DNA of 64,000 bases from the human T2T-CHM13v2.0 reference genome, Homo sapiens, in NCBI RefSeq assembly GCF_009914755.1, contig NC_060940.1, one strand, 5' to 3'. The translations under genes were made by a program, and so were the position numbers. Every line of letters begins with the position of its first letter. The first letter of the stretch is position 1. Below the pieces are notes generated by a model. The model had not been told where the DNA came from, searched no databases, and was given only the letters and a program-made list of their open reading frames with translations. This document shows positions 1 to 15,200 of the stretch, piece by piece.

Positions 1-3000
1 TCAATTCCATACGATGATGATTCCATTTGATGTGATTCGACAGTGAGCCATTCGATTCAATTCCATGATGATTCAATTTGATTCAATTGGTTGACATTTC
101 CATTCGATTCCATTCGATGATTATTCCCATTGATTCCGTTCAAAAATGATTCCATTCTAGCCCATTCAATCATTCCATTCGATTCTATTCAATGATGATT
201 CCATTCATGTCGATTTGGTGATTCCATTTGACTTCATTTGATGATGATTCCTTTCAAGTTCATTAGATGATTCCATTCGATTCCATTTGATGATGATCCC
301 ATTCGAGTCCATTCAGTGATTCCATTCGTTTCCATTCCATGATGATTCCATTCCTTTCCATTCAATGATTCCATTCGATTCCGTTTGATGATGATTTCAT
401 TCGAGTCCATTTGATGATTCCATTTGATTCCATTCGATGATGATTCCATTCGAGTCCATTCGATGATTCTATTCGAATCCATTTGATGATTTCTTTTGAT
501 TATATTTGGTGATGATTCCATTGGAGTCCATTCAATGATTCCATTCTATTCCAATCGATGATGATTCCATTAGAGTCCATTTAATGATTCCATTTGATTC
601 CAGTCTCTGATGATTATATTCGAGTCCATACGATGATTCCACTCAATTCCATATGATGATGATTCCATTTGATTCCATTCGGTGATTCCATTCTATTCTA
701 TTCAATGGTGATTCCATTCGAGTACATTAGATGATTCCATTCGATTCCATTCAATGATGATTCTATTTGTGTCCCTTAGATGATTCCACATGATTCCATT
801 AGATGATGATACTATTTGAGCCCATCCAATGATTCCCTTCGATTCCATTCGATGAGGATTCCATTCGATTCAATTCATTGGTGATTCTATTCAATTCAAT
901 TCTTTGATTCCATTCCATTCCATTCGACAATGATTCCATTCGATTTCTTTCGATGATTCCACTCGATTCCACTTGACATTGATTCCATTCGATTCCATTC
1001 AATGATTCCATTTGATTCCAGTGGATGATGATTGCCATCGATTCCATTCGATCACTCCATTCTATTCCATTTGATGATGATTACATTCGATTCCATTTGA
1101 TGATTCCATCTGATTCTATTCGAGGATTCCATTTGATTCCATTCGATGATGATTCCATTCGAGTCCATTCGATGATTTCATTCGAGTACATCCAATGATT
1201 CCATTCGAGTCCATTAGATGATTCCATTTGATTCCATTTGAAAATGATTCTACTAGAGTCCATTCAATGACTCCATTCGAGTCCATTCAACAATTCCATT
1301 CGACTCCATTCGATGATTCCATTCGATTCCATTTGATGGTTCCATTCGAGTCCATTTAATCATTACAGTCGAGTCCATTTGGTGATTCCACTGGATTTCT
1401 TTTGATAATGATACCATTCAATTACATTTGATGATGATCCCATTCAATTTCATTTGATGATGATTCCATTAGAGTCCATTCGATGATTTCATTCGAGTCC
1501 CTTCATTGATTCCATCCGATTTCATTGGATGATGACTCCATTCGAGTCCATTCGATGATTCCACTCGATTCCATTAGATGACTCCATTGGAGTCCATTTG
1601 ATTGTTCCATTCGATTCCATTCGATTCCTTTCGAAGATTATTCCATTTGAGTCCATTCGATGATGATTCCATTCCATTCCATTCGATGATTCCGTTTGAT
1701 TCCATTCGATGATTCCCTTCGATTCCTTTCTTTGATGATTCCATTCCATTCCATTCAATGATTCCATTCGAATCTATTCCATGATGATTCCTTTCGATTC
1801 CATTCGCTGATGTTTCCGTTCAATTCCATTCGATGATGATTCCATTCGATTCCATTCATTGAGGATTCCATTTGATTCCATTCAATGATGATTCCATTCT
1901 ATTCCATTCAATGATTGCATTCAATTCCATTCAATGATTATCCCCTTAGAGTAAACTCAACGATTCCATTCAATACCATTCGATGATGATTCCTTTTGAG
2001 TCCATTCAATGATTTCATTCAAGTCCATTTGATGATTCCTTTCAATTCTATTCTATGATGATTCCATTCGAGTCCATTCGATGATTCCATTCGATTGCAT
2101 TCGATGATTCCATTATATTCCATTCAACGGTGATTCCATTCGAGTCAATTCCATGATTCCATTAGAGTACATTTAATGATTGCTTTGTTTTCAATTCGAA
2201 GATGATTACATTGGATTCCATTCTATGATACCATTCGATTCCATTCAATGATGATTCCACTCAAATCCATTGGATGATTCCATTCGTGTCCATTCGGTGA
2301 TTTCATTAGATTCCATTCGAGGATGATTCCATTCGATTCCATTCGATGATTCCATTCAATTCCATTCGATGATGATTCCATTCCAGTCCATATGATCATT
2401 CCATTTGATTTCATTCGATGATGATTCCATTCGATTCGATTCGACGATTCCATTCTATTCCATTCGATGATGATTCCATTCGAGTCCATTCGATGATTCC
2501 ATTCGAGTCCATTTAATGATTCCATTGGGTTCAATTCAATGATGATTACATTGGATTCCGTTCTATGATTCCATTCAATTCCGTTCATTGACAATTTGAT
2601 TCCATTCGATGATGATTCCATTTGAGTTCATTCGATGATTCTATTCGATTCTCTTCGATGGTGATTCAATTCTATTATATTGGATGATTCCATTCGATTC
2701 CATTTGATGTTGATTCAATTCGATTCTATTCGATGATGATTCCATTGGATTTCACTTGATGATTCTATTCGATTCCATTCAATGATGATTCACTTCTCGT
2801 CCATTGGATGATTCCATTTCATTCCATTCGATGATGATTCCATTCGATTCCATTCGATGATTCCATTTGATTCCATGCGACGGTGAGCAATTCGATTCAA
2901 TTCCATGATGATTCTATTTGATTCAATTAGATGATGTTTCCATCCGAATCCATTCCATGATTATTCCATTGGAATCCATTCGGCGATGATTCCATATGAG

Positions 3001-6000
3001 TCAATTCAATGATGATTCCATATGGGTCCGTTCGATGATAATTCCATTTGATTTCATTCGATGCTTCTATTCTATTCCAGTCGATGATGATTCCGTTGGA
3101 GTCCATACGATGATTCCATTTGATTTCATTTGATGATGATTCCATTCGATGATGATTACATTGGATTCCATTCTATGATTCCATTCAATTCCATTCGTTG
3201 ATGATTCGATTCCATTCAATGATGATTCCATTTGAGTTCATTCGATGATTCTATTCGATTCCGTTCGATGGTGATTCAATTCTATTATATTGGATGATTC
3301 CACTCGATTCCATTTGATGATTATTCCATTGGAGTCCACTTAGTGAATCCTTTAGATTCTACTCGACGATGATTCCATTCGAGTCCATTCGATGATACCA
3401 TTCAATTCCATTCGTTGATGCTTCCATTCAAGTGCATTCGATGATATCATTCGATTCCATTTGATGATAATTCCATTTGATTCCATGCGATGATTCTATT
3501 CGATTCCATTCAATGATAATTCCATTCAATTCAGTGATTCCTCTGGACTCCATTTGATGATGATTCCATTCAATGATTCCATTCGATTCTATTCGAAAAT
3601 GATTCCATTTGAATCCATTTGATGATGATTCCATTAGATTCCATTTGATGATTCCATTCGATTCCATTCGACGATGATTCCATTCGATTCCGTTTGATGA
3701 TTCCATTCTATTCTATTCGATGATGATTCCATTCGATTCCATTCGATGATGATTGGATTCGATTCCATTTGATGATTTCATTTGATTCCATTCGTTAATG
3801 ATTTCGATCAATTCCATTCGATGATTCCATTCGATTCCATTCGATAATGATTACATCCGAGTCCATTCGATGATTCCCTTTGAGCCTGTTCGATAATTCC
3901 ATTTGAGTCCAACCAATGATTCCATTCATTTCCATTCAATGATTCCATTCGAGTCCATTTGATCATTCCGGTAGGGTCCATTCGATGTTGATTCCATTGG
4001 AGTGCATTCGATGATTCCATTCGAGTCCATTTTAGGATTTGATTCGAGTCCTTTCGATGATTCCATTCGATTCCACTCGATGATGATTTCATTCGAGTCC
4101 ATTCGACACTTCCAATCGATTCCATTTGATGATTCCATTCGAGTCCAATTGATGATTCCATTCAATTCCATTCGATGATGATTCCGTACGATTCCATTCT
4201 GTGATGATTCCATGTGATTGCATTCAATGATGATTCCTTTCGATTGCATTCGATTATGATTCATTTCGTGTTCATTCTATGGTTCCACAGGTTTCCATTC
4301 GTGTCCATTCCATTATTCCATTCTATTCCATTTGATGATGATTCCATTCGATTCCATTCATTGGTGATTCCACTCAATTCCATTCAATGATTCCATTCCA
4401 TTTCTTTCAACAATGATTCCATTAGTTTCTAATCGATGATCCACTTGATTCCATTTGACGACGATTCCATTCTTGTCCATTCGATGATTCCATTTGATTC
4501 CATATGATGATGATTCCATTCGATTCCATACCATGATGATTCCATTCGAGTCCATTCAATGGTGATTCCATTCAATTCCATTCGATGATTCCTTTTGATT
4601 CCATTCGATGATGATGGCATTCGATTCCTTTCAATCATTCCCTTTGATTCCATTCAAAGGTGATTTCATTCAAGTCCATTCGATAATTGCATTCGATTCC
4701 ATTCTATGATGATTCCATTCGAGTCCATTTGATGATTCCATTCAATTCAAGTCAATGATGATTCCATTCGATTCCATTCGATGATTCCATTGGATTCCAT
4801 TCGATGATGATTCCATTCAAATCCATTCGATAATTCAATTCAAGTCCATTCGATGATGATTCCAATCGAATCCATTCAAAGATTCCATTCAGTTCCATTC
4901 GATGATTCCCTTAGATTCCATTCGATGATTCCACTTGATTGCATTTACGATGATTCCATTCGATTCCATGTGATGATTCCATTCAATTCTATTCAATGAT
5001 GTCTCCATTTGATTCCATTCGACCATGATTGCCTTTGATTCCATTCAATGATTCCATTCGGTTCCGTTTGATGATGATTCCGTTCGATTCCATTTGATGA
5101 TTCCATTTGATTCCATTGGATGAGTCCATTCGATTACATTCGATGATTATTCCATTCGAGTGCATTAGATGATTCCATTCGAGTCCATTCGATGATTCCA
5201 TTCGATTCCATTCGATGTTGATTCTGTTCAAATCCATTCGATGATTCCACTCGATTCCATTCGTTGACTCCATTTGATCCCATTCGATGATTTCCTTTGA
5301 TTCCCTTTGATGATCATTCCATTTGATTCAATTCGGTGATTTCATTTGATTCCATTCAGTGATGTTTCCATTCGACTCCATTCGATGATGATTCCATTCG
5401 ACTCCATTCGATTATGATTTCATTCAATTCCATTCGATAATGATTCCCTTCGAGTCCATTCGATGATTCCATTCGATTCCATTCAACGATGATTTGATTC
5501 GTGTCCATTCGATGATTCCATTTGATTCCACTTGATGATGATTCCATTCGAGTCCATTTGATGATTCCATTCAATTCCATACTCCGATGATTTCTTTTGA
5601 GCCCACTCAATGCTTCCACTCGATTCCATATGATGATGACTCCATTCGATGAAATTCGATGATGATTCCATTCGCTTGCTTTCGATGATGATTCCACTTG
5701 AGTCCGTTAGAAGATTCTATTCAATTACATTCCATGACGATTCCGTTCGAGTCCATTTGATGATTCCATTAGACTCCATTTGACGATGATTCCATTCGAT
5801 GTTATTCGATGATTCCATTCGATCTCATTCGATGATGATTCCATTCAACTCCATTCGATGTTTCCATTCGAGTTCATTCTATTATTCCATTAGATTCCAT
5901 TCGATGATGATTCCATTCGATTCCATTTGATGATTGCATTCTATTTCATTTGATGATGATTCCATTCGAGTCCACTCGATGATTCCATTCGAGTCCATTT

Positions 6001-6112
6001 AATGAATCCATTGGTTTCAATTCTATGATGATTACATTGGATTCCATTCGTTGATGATTTCATTCGGTTCCATTCAATGATGATTCCATTCAATTCCTTT
6101 CAATGTTTCCAT
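1..6112 (+). repeat. HOR unit U1 (full 6,112 bp; phase set arbitrarily at window start)
   Basis: tcaattccatacgatgatgattcc at 1 recurs at 6113. Single-copy landmarks include cccttagagtaaactc (~1943), ccggtagggtcc (~3968) and ggttccacaggtttcc (~4281). Confidence 0.95.
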
Positions 6113-9100
6113 TCAATTCCATACGATGATGATTCCATTTGATTTGATTCGACAGTGAGCCATTCGATTCAATTCCATGACGATTCTATTTGATTCAATT
6201 GGTTGACATTTCCATTCGATTCCATTCGATGATGATTCCCTTTGATTCCGTTCAAAGATGATTCCATTCTAGCCCATTCAATCATTCCATTCGATTCTAT
6301 TCAATGATGATTCCATTCATGTCGATTTGGTGATTCCATTTGACTTCATTTGATGATGATTCCTTTCAAGTTCATTAGATGATTCCATTCGATTCCATTT
6401 GATGATGATCCCATTCGAGTCCATTCAGTGATTCCATTCGTTTCCATTCCATGATGATTCCATTCCTTTCCATTCAATGATTCCATTCGATTCCGTTTGA
6501 TGATGATTTCATTCGAGTCCATTTGATGATTCCATTTGATTCCATTCGATGATGATTCCATTCGAGTCCATTCGATGATTCTATTCGAATCCATTTGATG
6601 ATTTCTTTTGATTATATTTGGTGATGATTCCATTGGAGTCCATTCAATGATTCCATTCTATTCCAATCGATGATGATTCCATTAGAGTCCATTTAATGAT
6701 TCCATTTGATTCCAGTCTCTGATGATTACATTCGAGTCCATACGATGATTCCACTCAATTCCATATGATGATGATTCCATTTGATTCCATTCGGTGATTC
6801 CGTTCTATTCTATTCAATGGTGATTCCATTCGAGTACATTAGATGATTCCATTCGATTCCATTCAATGATGATTCTATTTGTGTCCCTTAGATGATTCCG
6901 CATGATTCCATTAGATGATGATACTATTTGAGCCCATCCAATGATTCCCTTCGATTCCATTCGATGAGGATTCCATTCGATTCAATTCATTGGTGATTCT
7001 ATTCAATTCAATTCTTTGATTCCATTCCATTCCATTCGACAATGATTCCATTCGATTTCTTTCGATGATTCCACTCGATTCCACTTGACATTGATTCCAT
7101 TCGATTCCATTCAATGATTCCATTTGATTCCAGTGGATGATGATTGCCATCGATTCCATTCGATCACTCCATTCTATTCCATTTGATGATGATTACATTC
7201 GATTCCATTTGATGATTCCATCTGATTCTATTCGAGGATTCCATTTGATTCCATTCGATGATGATTCCATTCGAGTCCATTCGATGATTTCATTCGAGTA
7301 CATCCAATGATTCCATTCGAGTCCATTAGATGATTCCATTTGATTCCATTTGAAAATGATTCTACTAGAGTCCATTCAATGACTCCATTCGAGTCCATTC
7401 AACAATTCCATTCGACTCCATTCGATGATTCCATTCGATTCCATTTGATGGTTCCATTCGAGTCCATTTAATCATTACAGTCGAGTCCATTTGGTGATTC
7501 CACTGGATTTCTTTTGATAATGATACCATTCAATTACATTTGATGATGATCCCATTCAATTTCATTTGATGATGATTCCATTAGAGTCCATTCGATGATT
7601 TCATTCGAGTCCCTTCATTGATTCCATCCGATTTCATTGGATGATGACTCCATTCGAGTCCATTCGATGATTCCACTCGATTCCATTAGATGACTCCATT
7701 GGAGTCCATTTGATTGTTCCATTCGATTCCATTCGATTCCTTTCGAAGATTATTCCATTTGAGTCCATTCGATGATGATTCCATTCCATTCCATTCGATG
7801 ATTCCGTTTGATTCCATTCGATGATTCCCTTCGATTCCTTTCTTTGATGATTCCATTCCATTCCATTCAATGATTCCATTCGAATCTATTCCATGATGAT
7901 TCCTTTCGATTCCATTCGCTGATGTTTCCGTTCAATTCCATTCGATGATGATTCCATTCGATTCCATTCATTGAGGATTCCATTTGATTCCATTCAATGA
8001 TGATTCCATTCTATTCCATTCAATGATTGCATTCAATTCCATTCAATGATTATCCCCTTAGAGTAAACTCAACGATTCCATTCAATACCATTCGATGATG
8101 ATTCCTTTTGAGTCCATTCAATGATTTCATTCAAGTCCATTTGATGATTCCTTTCAATTCCATTCTATGATGATTCCATTCGAGTCCATTCGATGATTCC
8201 ATTCGATTGCATTCGATGATTCCATTATATTCCATTCAACAGTGATTCCATTCGAGTCAATTCCATGATTCCATTAGAGTACATTTAATGATTGCTTTGT
8301 TTTCAATTCGAAGATGATTACATTGGATTCCATTCTATGATACCATTCGATTCCATTCAATGATGATTCCACTCAAATCCATTGGATGATTCCATTCGTG
8401 TCCATTCGGTGATTTCATTACATTCCATTCGAGGATGATTCCATTCGATTCCATTCGATGATTCCATTCAATTCCATTCGATGATGATTCCATTCCAGTC
8501 CATATGATCATTCCATTTGATTTCATTCGATGATGATTCCATTCGATTCCATTCGACGATTCCATTCTATTCCATTCGATGATGATTCCATTCGAGTCCA
8601 TTCGATGATTCCATTCGAGTCCATTTAATGATTCCATTGGGTTCAATTCAATGATGATTACATTGGATTCCGTTCTATGATTCCATTCAATTCCGTTCAT
8701 TGACAATTTGATTCCATTCGATGATGATTCCATTTGAGTTCATTCGATGATTCTATTCGATTCTCTTCGATGGTGATTCAATTCTATTATATTGGATGAT
8801 TCCATTCGATTCCATTTGATGTTGATTCAATTCGATTCTATTCGATGATGATTCCATTGGATTTCACTTGATGATTCTATTCGATTCCATTCAATGATGA
8901 TTCACTTCTCGTCCATTGGATGATTCCATTTCATTCCATTCGATGATGATTCCATTCGATTCCATTCGATGATTCCATTTGATTCCATGCGACGGTGAGC
9001 AATTCGATTCAATTCCATGATGATTCTATTTGATTCAATTAGATGATGTTTCCATTCGAATCCATTCCATGATTATTCCATTGGAATCCATTCGGCGATG

Positions 9101-12100
9101 ATTCCATATGAGTCAATTCAATGATGATTCCATATGGGTCCGTTCGATGATAATTCCATTTGATTTCATTCGATGCTTCTATTCTATTCCAGTCGATGAT
9201 GATTCCGTTGGAGTCCATACGATGATTCCATTTGATTTCATTTGATGATGATTCCATTCGATGATGATTACATTGGATTCCATTCTATGATTCCATTCAA
9301 TTCCATTCGTTGATGATTCGATTCCATTCAATGATGATTCCATTTGAGTTCATTCGATGATTCTATTCGATTCCGTTCGATGGTGATTCAATTCTATTAT
9401 ATTGGATGATTCCACTCGATTCCATTTGATGATTATTCCATTGGAGTCCACTTAGTGAATCCTTTAGATTCTACTCGACGATGATTCCATTCGAGTCCAT
9501 TCGATGATACCATTCAATTCCATTCGTTGATGCTTCCATTCAAGTGCATTCGATGATATCATTCGATTCCATTTGATGATAATTCCATTTGATTCCATGC
9601 GATGATTCTATTCGATTCCATTCAATGATAATTCCATTCAATTCAGTGATTCCTCTGGACTCCATTTGATGATGATTCCATTCAATGATTCCATTCGATT
9701 CTATTCGAAAATGATTCCATTTGAATCCATTTGATGATGATTCCATTAGATTCCATTTGATGATTCCATTCGATTCCATTAGACGATGATTCCATTCGAT
9801 TCCGTTTGATGATTCCATTCTATTCTATTCGATGATGATTCCATTCGATTCCATTCGATGATGATTGGATTCGATTCCATTTGATGATTTCATTTGATTC
9901 CATTCGTTAATGATTTCGATCAATTCCATTCGATGATTCCATTCGATTCCATTCGATAATGATTACATCCGAGTCCATTCGATGATTCCCTTTGAGCCTG
10001 TTTGATAATTCCATTTGAGTCCAACCAATGATTCCATTCATTTCCATTCAATGATTCCATTCGAGTCCATTTGATCATTCCGGTAGGGTCCATTCGATGT
10101 TGATTCCATTGGAGTGCATTCGATGATTCCATTCGAGTCCATTTTAGGATTTGATTCGAGTCCTTTCGATGATTCCATTCGATTCCACTCGATGATGATT
10201 TCATTCGAGTCCATTCGACACTTCCAATCGATTCCATTTGATGATTCCATTCGAGTCCAATTGATGATTCCATTCAATTCCATTCGATGATGATTCCGTA
10301 TGATTCCATTCTGTGATGATTCCATGTGATTGCATTCAATGATGATTCCTTTCGATTGCATTCGATTATGATTCATTTCGTGTTCATTCTATGGTTCCAC
10401 AGGTTTCCATTCGTGTCCATTCCATTATTCCATTCTATTCCATTTGATGATGATTCCATTCGATTCCATTCATTGGTGATTCCACTCAATTCCATTCAAT
10501 GATTCCATTCCATTTCTTTCAACAATGATTCCATTAGTTTCTAATCGATGATCCACTTGATTCCATTTGACGACGATTCCATTCTTGTCCATTCGATGAT
10601 TCCATTTGATTCCATATGATGATGATTCCATTCGATTCCATACCATGATGATTCCATTCGAGTCCATTCAATGGTGATTCCATTCAATTCCATTCGATGA
10701 TTCCTTTTGATTCCATTCGATGATGATGGCATTCGATTCCTTTTAATCATTCCCTTTGATTCCATTCAAAGGTGATTTCATTCAAGTCCATTCGATAATT
10801 GCATTCGATTCCATTCTATGATGATTCCATTCGAGTCCATTTGATGATTCCATTCAATTCAAGTCAATGATGATTCCATTCGATTCCATTCGATGATTCC
10901 ATTGGATTCCATTCGATGATGATTCCATTCAAATCCATTCGATAATTCAATTCAAGTCCATTCGATGATGATTCCAATCGAATCCATTCAAAGATTCCAT
11001 TCAGTTCCATTCGATGATTCCCTTAGATTCCATTCGATGATTCCACTTGATTGCATTTACGATGATTCCATTCGATTCCATGTGATGATTCCATTCAATT
11101 CTATTCAATGATGTCTCCATTTGATTCCATTCGACCATGATTGCCTTTGATTCCATTCAATGATTCCATTCGGTTCCGTTTGATGATGATTCCGTTCGAT
11201 TCCATTTGATGATTCCATTTGATTCCATTGGATGAGTCCATTCGATTACATTCGATGATTATTCCATTCGAGTGCATTAGATGATTCCATTCGAGTCCAT
11301 TCGATGATTCCATTCGATTCCATTCGATGTTGATTCTGTTCAAATCCATTCGATGATTCCACTCGATTCCATTCGTTGACTCCATTTGATCCCATTCGAT
11401 GATTTCCTTTGATTCCCTTTGATGATCATTCCATTTGATTCAATTCGGTGATTTCATTTGATTCCATTCAGTGATGTTTCCATTCGACTCCATTCGATGA
11501 TGATTCCATTCGACTCCATTCGATTATGATTTCATTCAATTCCATTCGATAATGATTCCCTTCGAGTCCATTCGATGATTCCATTCGATTCCATTCAACG
11601 ATGATTTCATTCGTGTCCATTCGATGATTCCATTTGATTCCACTTGATGATGATTCCATTCGAGTCCATTTGATGATTCCATTCAATTCCATACTCCGAT
11701 GATTTCTTTTGAGCCCACTCAATGCTTCCACTCGATTCCATATGATGATGACTCCATTCGATGAAATTCGATGATGATTCCATTCGCTTGCTTTCGATGA
11801 TGATTCCACTTGAGTCCGTTAGAAGAGTCTATTCAATTACATTCCATGACGATTCCGTTCGAGTCCATTTGATGATTCCATTAGACTCCATTCGACGATG
11901 ATTCCATTCGATGTTATTCGATGATTCCATTCGATCTCATTCGATGATGATTCCATTCAACTCCATTCGATGTTTCCATTCGAGTTCATTCTATTATTCC
12001 ATTAGATTCCATTCGATGATGATTCCATTCGATTCCATTTGATGATTGCATTCTATTTCATTTGATGATGATTCCATTCGAGTCCACTCGATGATTCCAT

Positions 12101-12224
12101 TCGAGTCCATTTAATGAATCCATTGGTTTCAATTCTATGATGATTACATTGGATTCCATTCGTTGATGATTTCATTCGGTTCCATTCAATGATGATTCCA
12201 TTCAATTCCTTTCAATGTTTCCAT
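6113..12224 (+). repeat. HOR unit U2 (full)
   Basis: ORF and landmark offsets are +6112 relative to U1, with substitutions only. Confidence 0.95.
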
Positions 12225-15200
12225 TCAATTCCATACGATGATGATTCCATTTGATTTGATTCGACAGTGAGCCATTCGGTTCAATTCCATGACGATTCTA
12301 TTTGATTCAATTGGTTGACATTTCCATTCGATTCCATTCGATGATGATTCCCTTTGATTCCGTTCAAAGATGATTCCATTCTAGCCCATTCAATCATTCC
12401 ATTCGATTCTATTCAATGATGATTCCATTCATGTCGATTTGGTGATTCCATTTGACTTCATTTGATGATGATTCCTTTCAAGTTCATTAGATGATTCCAT
12501 TCGATTCCATTTGATGATGATCCCATTCGAGTCCATTCAGTGATTCCATTCGTTTCCATTCCATGATGATTCCATTCCTTTCCATTCAATGATTCCATTC
12601 GATTCCGTTTGATGATGATTTCATTCGAGTCCATTTGATGATTCCATTTGATTCCATTCGATGATGATTCCATTCGAGTCCATTCGATGATTCTATTCGA
12701 ATCCATTTGATGATTTCTTTTGATTATATTTGGTGATGATTCCATTGGAGTCCATTCAATGATTCCATTCTATTCCAATCGATGATGATTAAATTAGAGT
12801 CCATTTAATGATTCCATTTGATTCCAGTCTCTGATGATTACATTCGAGTCCATACGATGATTCCACTCAATTCCATATGATGATGATTCCATTTGATTCC
12901 ATTCGGTGATTCCGTTCTATTCTATTCAATGGTGATTCCATTCGAGTACATTAGATGATTCCATTCGATTCCATTCAATGATGATTCTATTTGTGTCCCT
13001 TAGATGATTCCGCATGATTCCATTAGATGATGATACTATTTGAGCCCATCCAATGATTCCCTTCGATTCCATTCGATGAGGATTCCATTCGATTCAATTC
13101 ATTGGTGATTCTATTCAATTCAATTCTTTGATTCCATTCCATTCCATTCGACAATGATTCCATTCGATTTCTTTCGATGATTCCACTCGATTCCACTTGA
13201 CATTGATTCCATTCGATTCCATTCAATGATTCCATTTGATTCCAGTGGATGATGATTGCCATCGATTCCATTCGATCACTCCATTCTATTCCATTTGATG
13301 ATGATTACATTCGATTCCATTTGATGATTCCATCTGATTCTATTCGAGGATTCCATTTGATTCCATTCGATGATGATTCCATTCGAGTCCATTCGATGAT
13401 TTCATTCGAGTACATCCAATGATTCCATTCGAGTCCATTAGATGATTCCATTTGATTCCATTTGAAAATGATTCTACTAGAGTCCATTCAATGACTCCAT
13501 TCGAGTCCATTCAACAATTCCATTCGACTCCATTCGATGATTCCATTCGATTCCATTTGATGGTTCCATTCGAGTCCATTTAATCATTACAGTCGAGTCC
13601 ATTTGGTGATTCCACTGGATTTCTTTTGATAATGATACCATTCAATTACATTTGATGATGATCCCATTCAATTTCATTTGATGATGATTCCATTAGAGTC
13701 CATTCGATGATTTCATTCGAGTCCCTTCATTGATTCCATCCGATTTCATTGGATGATGACTCCATTCGAGTCCATTCGATGATTCCACTCGATTCCATTA
13801 GATGACTCCATTGGAGTCCATTTGATTGTTCCATTCGATTCCATTCGATTCCTTTCGAAGATTATTCCATTTGAGTCCATTCGATGATGATTCCATTCCA
13901 TTCCATTCGATGATTCCGTTTGATTCCATTCGATGATTCCCTTCGATTCCTTTCTTTGATGATTCCATTCCATTCCATTCAATGATTCCATTCGAATCTA
14001 TTCCATGATGATTCCTTTCGATTCCATTCGCTGATGTTTCCGTTCAATTCCATTCGATGATGATTCCATTCGATTCCATTCATTGAGGATTCCATTTGAT
14101 TCCATTCAATGATGATTCCATTCTATTCCATTGAATGATTGCATTCAATTCCATTCAATGATTATCCCCTTAGAGTAAACTCAACGATTCCATTCAATAC
14201 CATTCGATGATGATTCCTTTTGAGTCCATTCAATGATTTCATTCAAGTCCATTTGATGATTCCTTTCAATTCCATTCTATGATGATTCCATTCGAGTCCA
14301 TTCGATGATTCCATTCGATTGCATTCGATGATTCCATTATATTCCATTCAACAGTGATTCCATTCGAGTCAATTCCATGATTCCATTAGAGTACATTTAA
14401 TGATTGCTTTGTTTTCAATTCGAAAATGATTACATTGGATTCCATTCTATGATACCATTCGATTCCATTCAATGATGATTCCACTCAAATCCATTGGATG
14501 ATTCCATTCGTGTCCATTCGGTGATTTCATTAGATTCCATTCGAGGATGATTCCATTCGATTCCATTCGATGATTCCATTCAATTCCATTCGATGATGAT
14601 TCCATTCCAGTCCATATGATCATTCCATTTGATTTCATTCGATGATGATTCCATTCGATTCGATTCGACGATTCCATTCTATTCCATTCGATGATGATTC
14701 CATTCGAGTCCATTCGATGATTCCATTCGAGTCCATTTAATGATTCCTTTGGGTTCAATTCAATGATGATTACATTGGATTCCGTTCTATGATTCCATTC
14801 AATTCCGTTCATTGACAATTTGATTCCATTCGATGATGATTCCATTTGAGTTCATTCGATGATTCTATTCGATTCTCTTCGATGGTGATTCAATTCTATT
14901 ATATTGGATGATTCCATTCGATTCCATTTGATGTTGATTCAATTCGATTCTATTCGATGATGATTCCATTGGATTTCACTTGATGATTCTATTCGATTCC
15001 ATTCAATGATGATTCACTTCTCGTCCATTGGATGATTCCATTTCATTCCATTCGATGATGATTCCATTCGATTCCATTCGATGATTCCATTTGATTCCAT
15101 TCGACGGTGAGCAATTCGATTCAATTCCATGATGATTCTATTTGATTCAATTAGATGATGTTTCCATTCGAATCCATTCCATGATTATTCCATTGGAATC

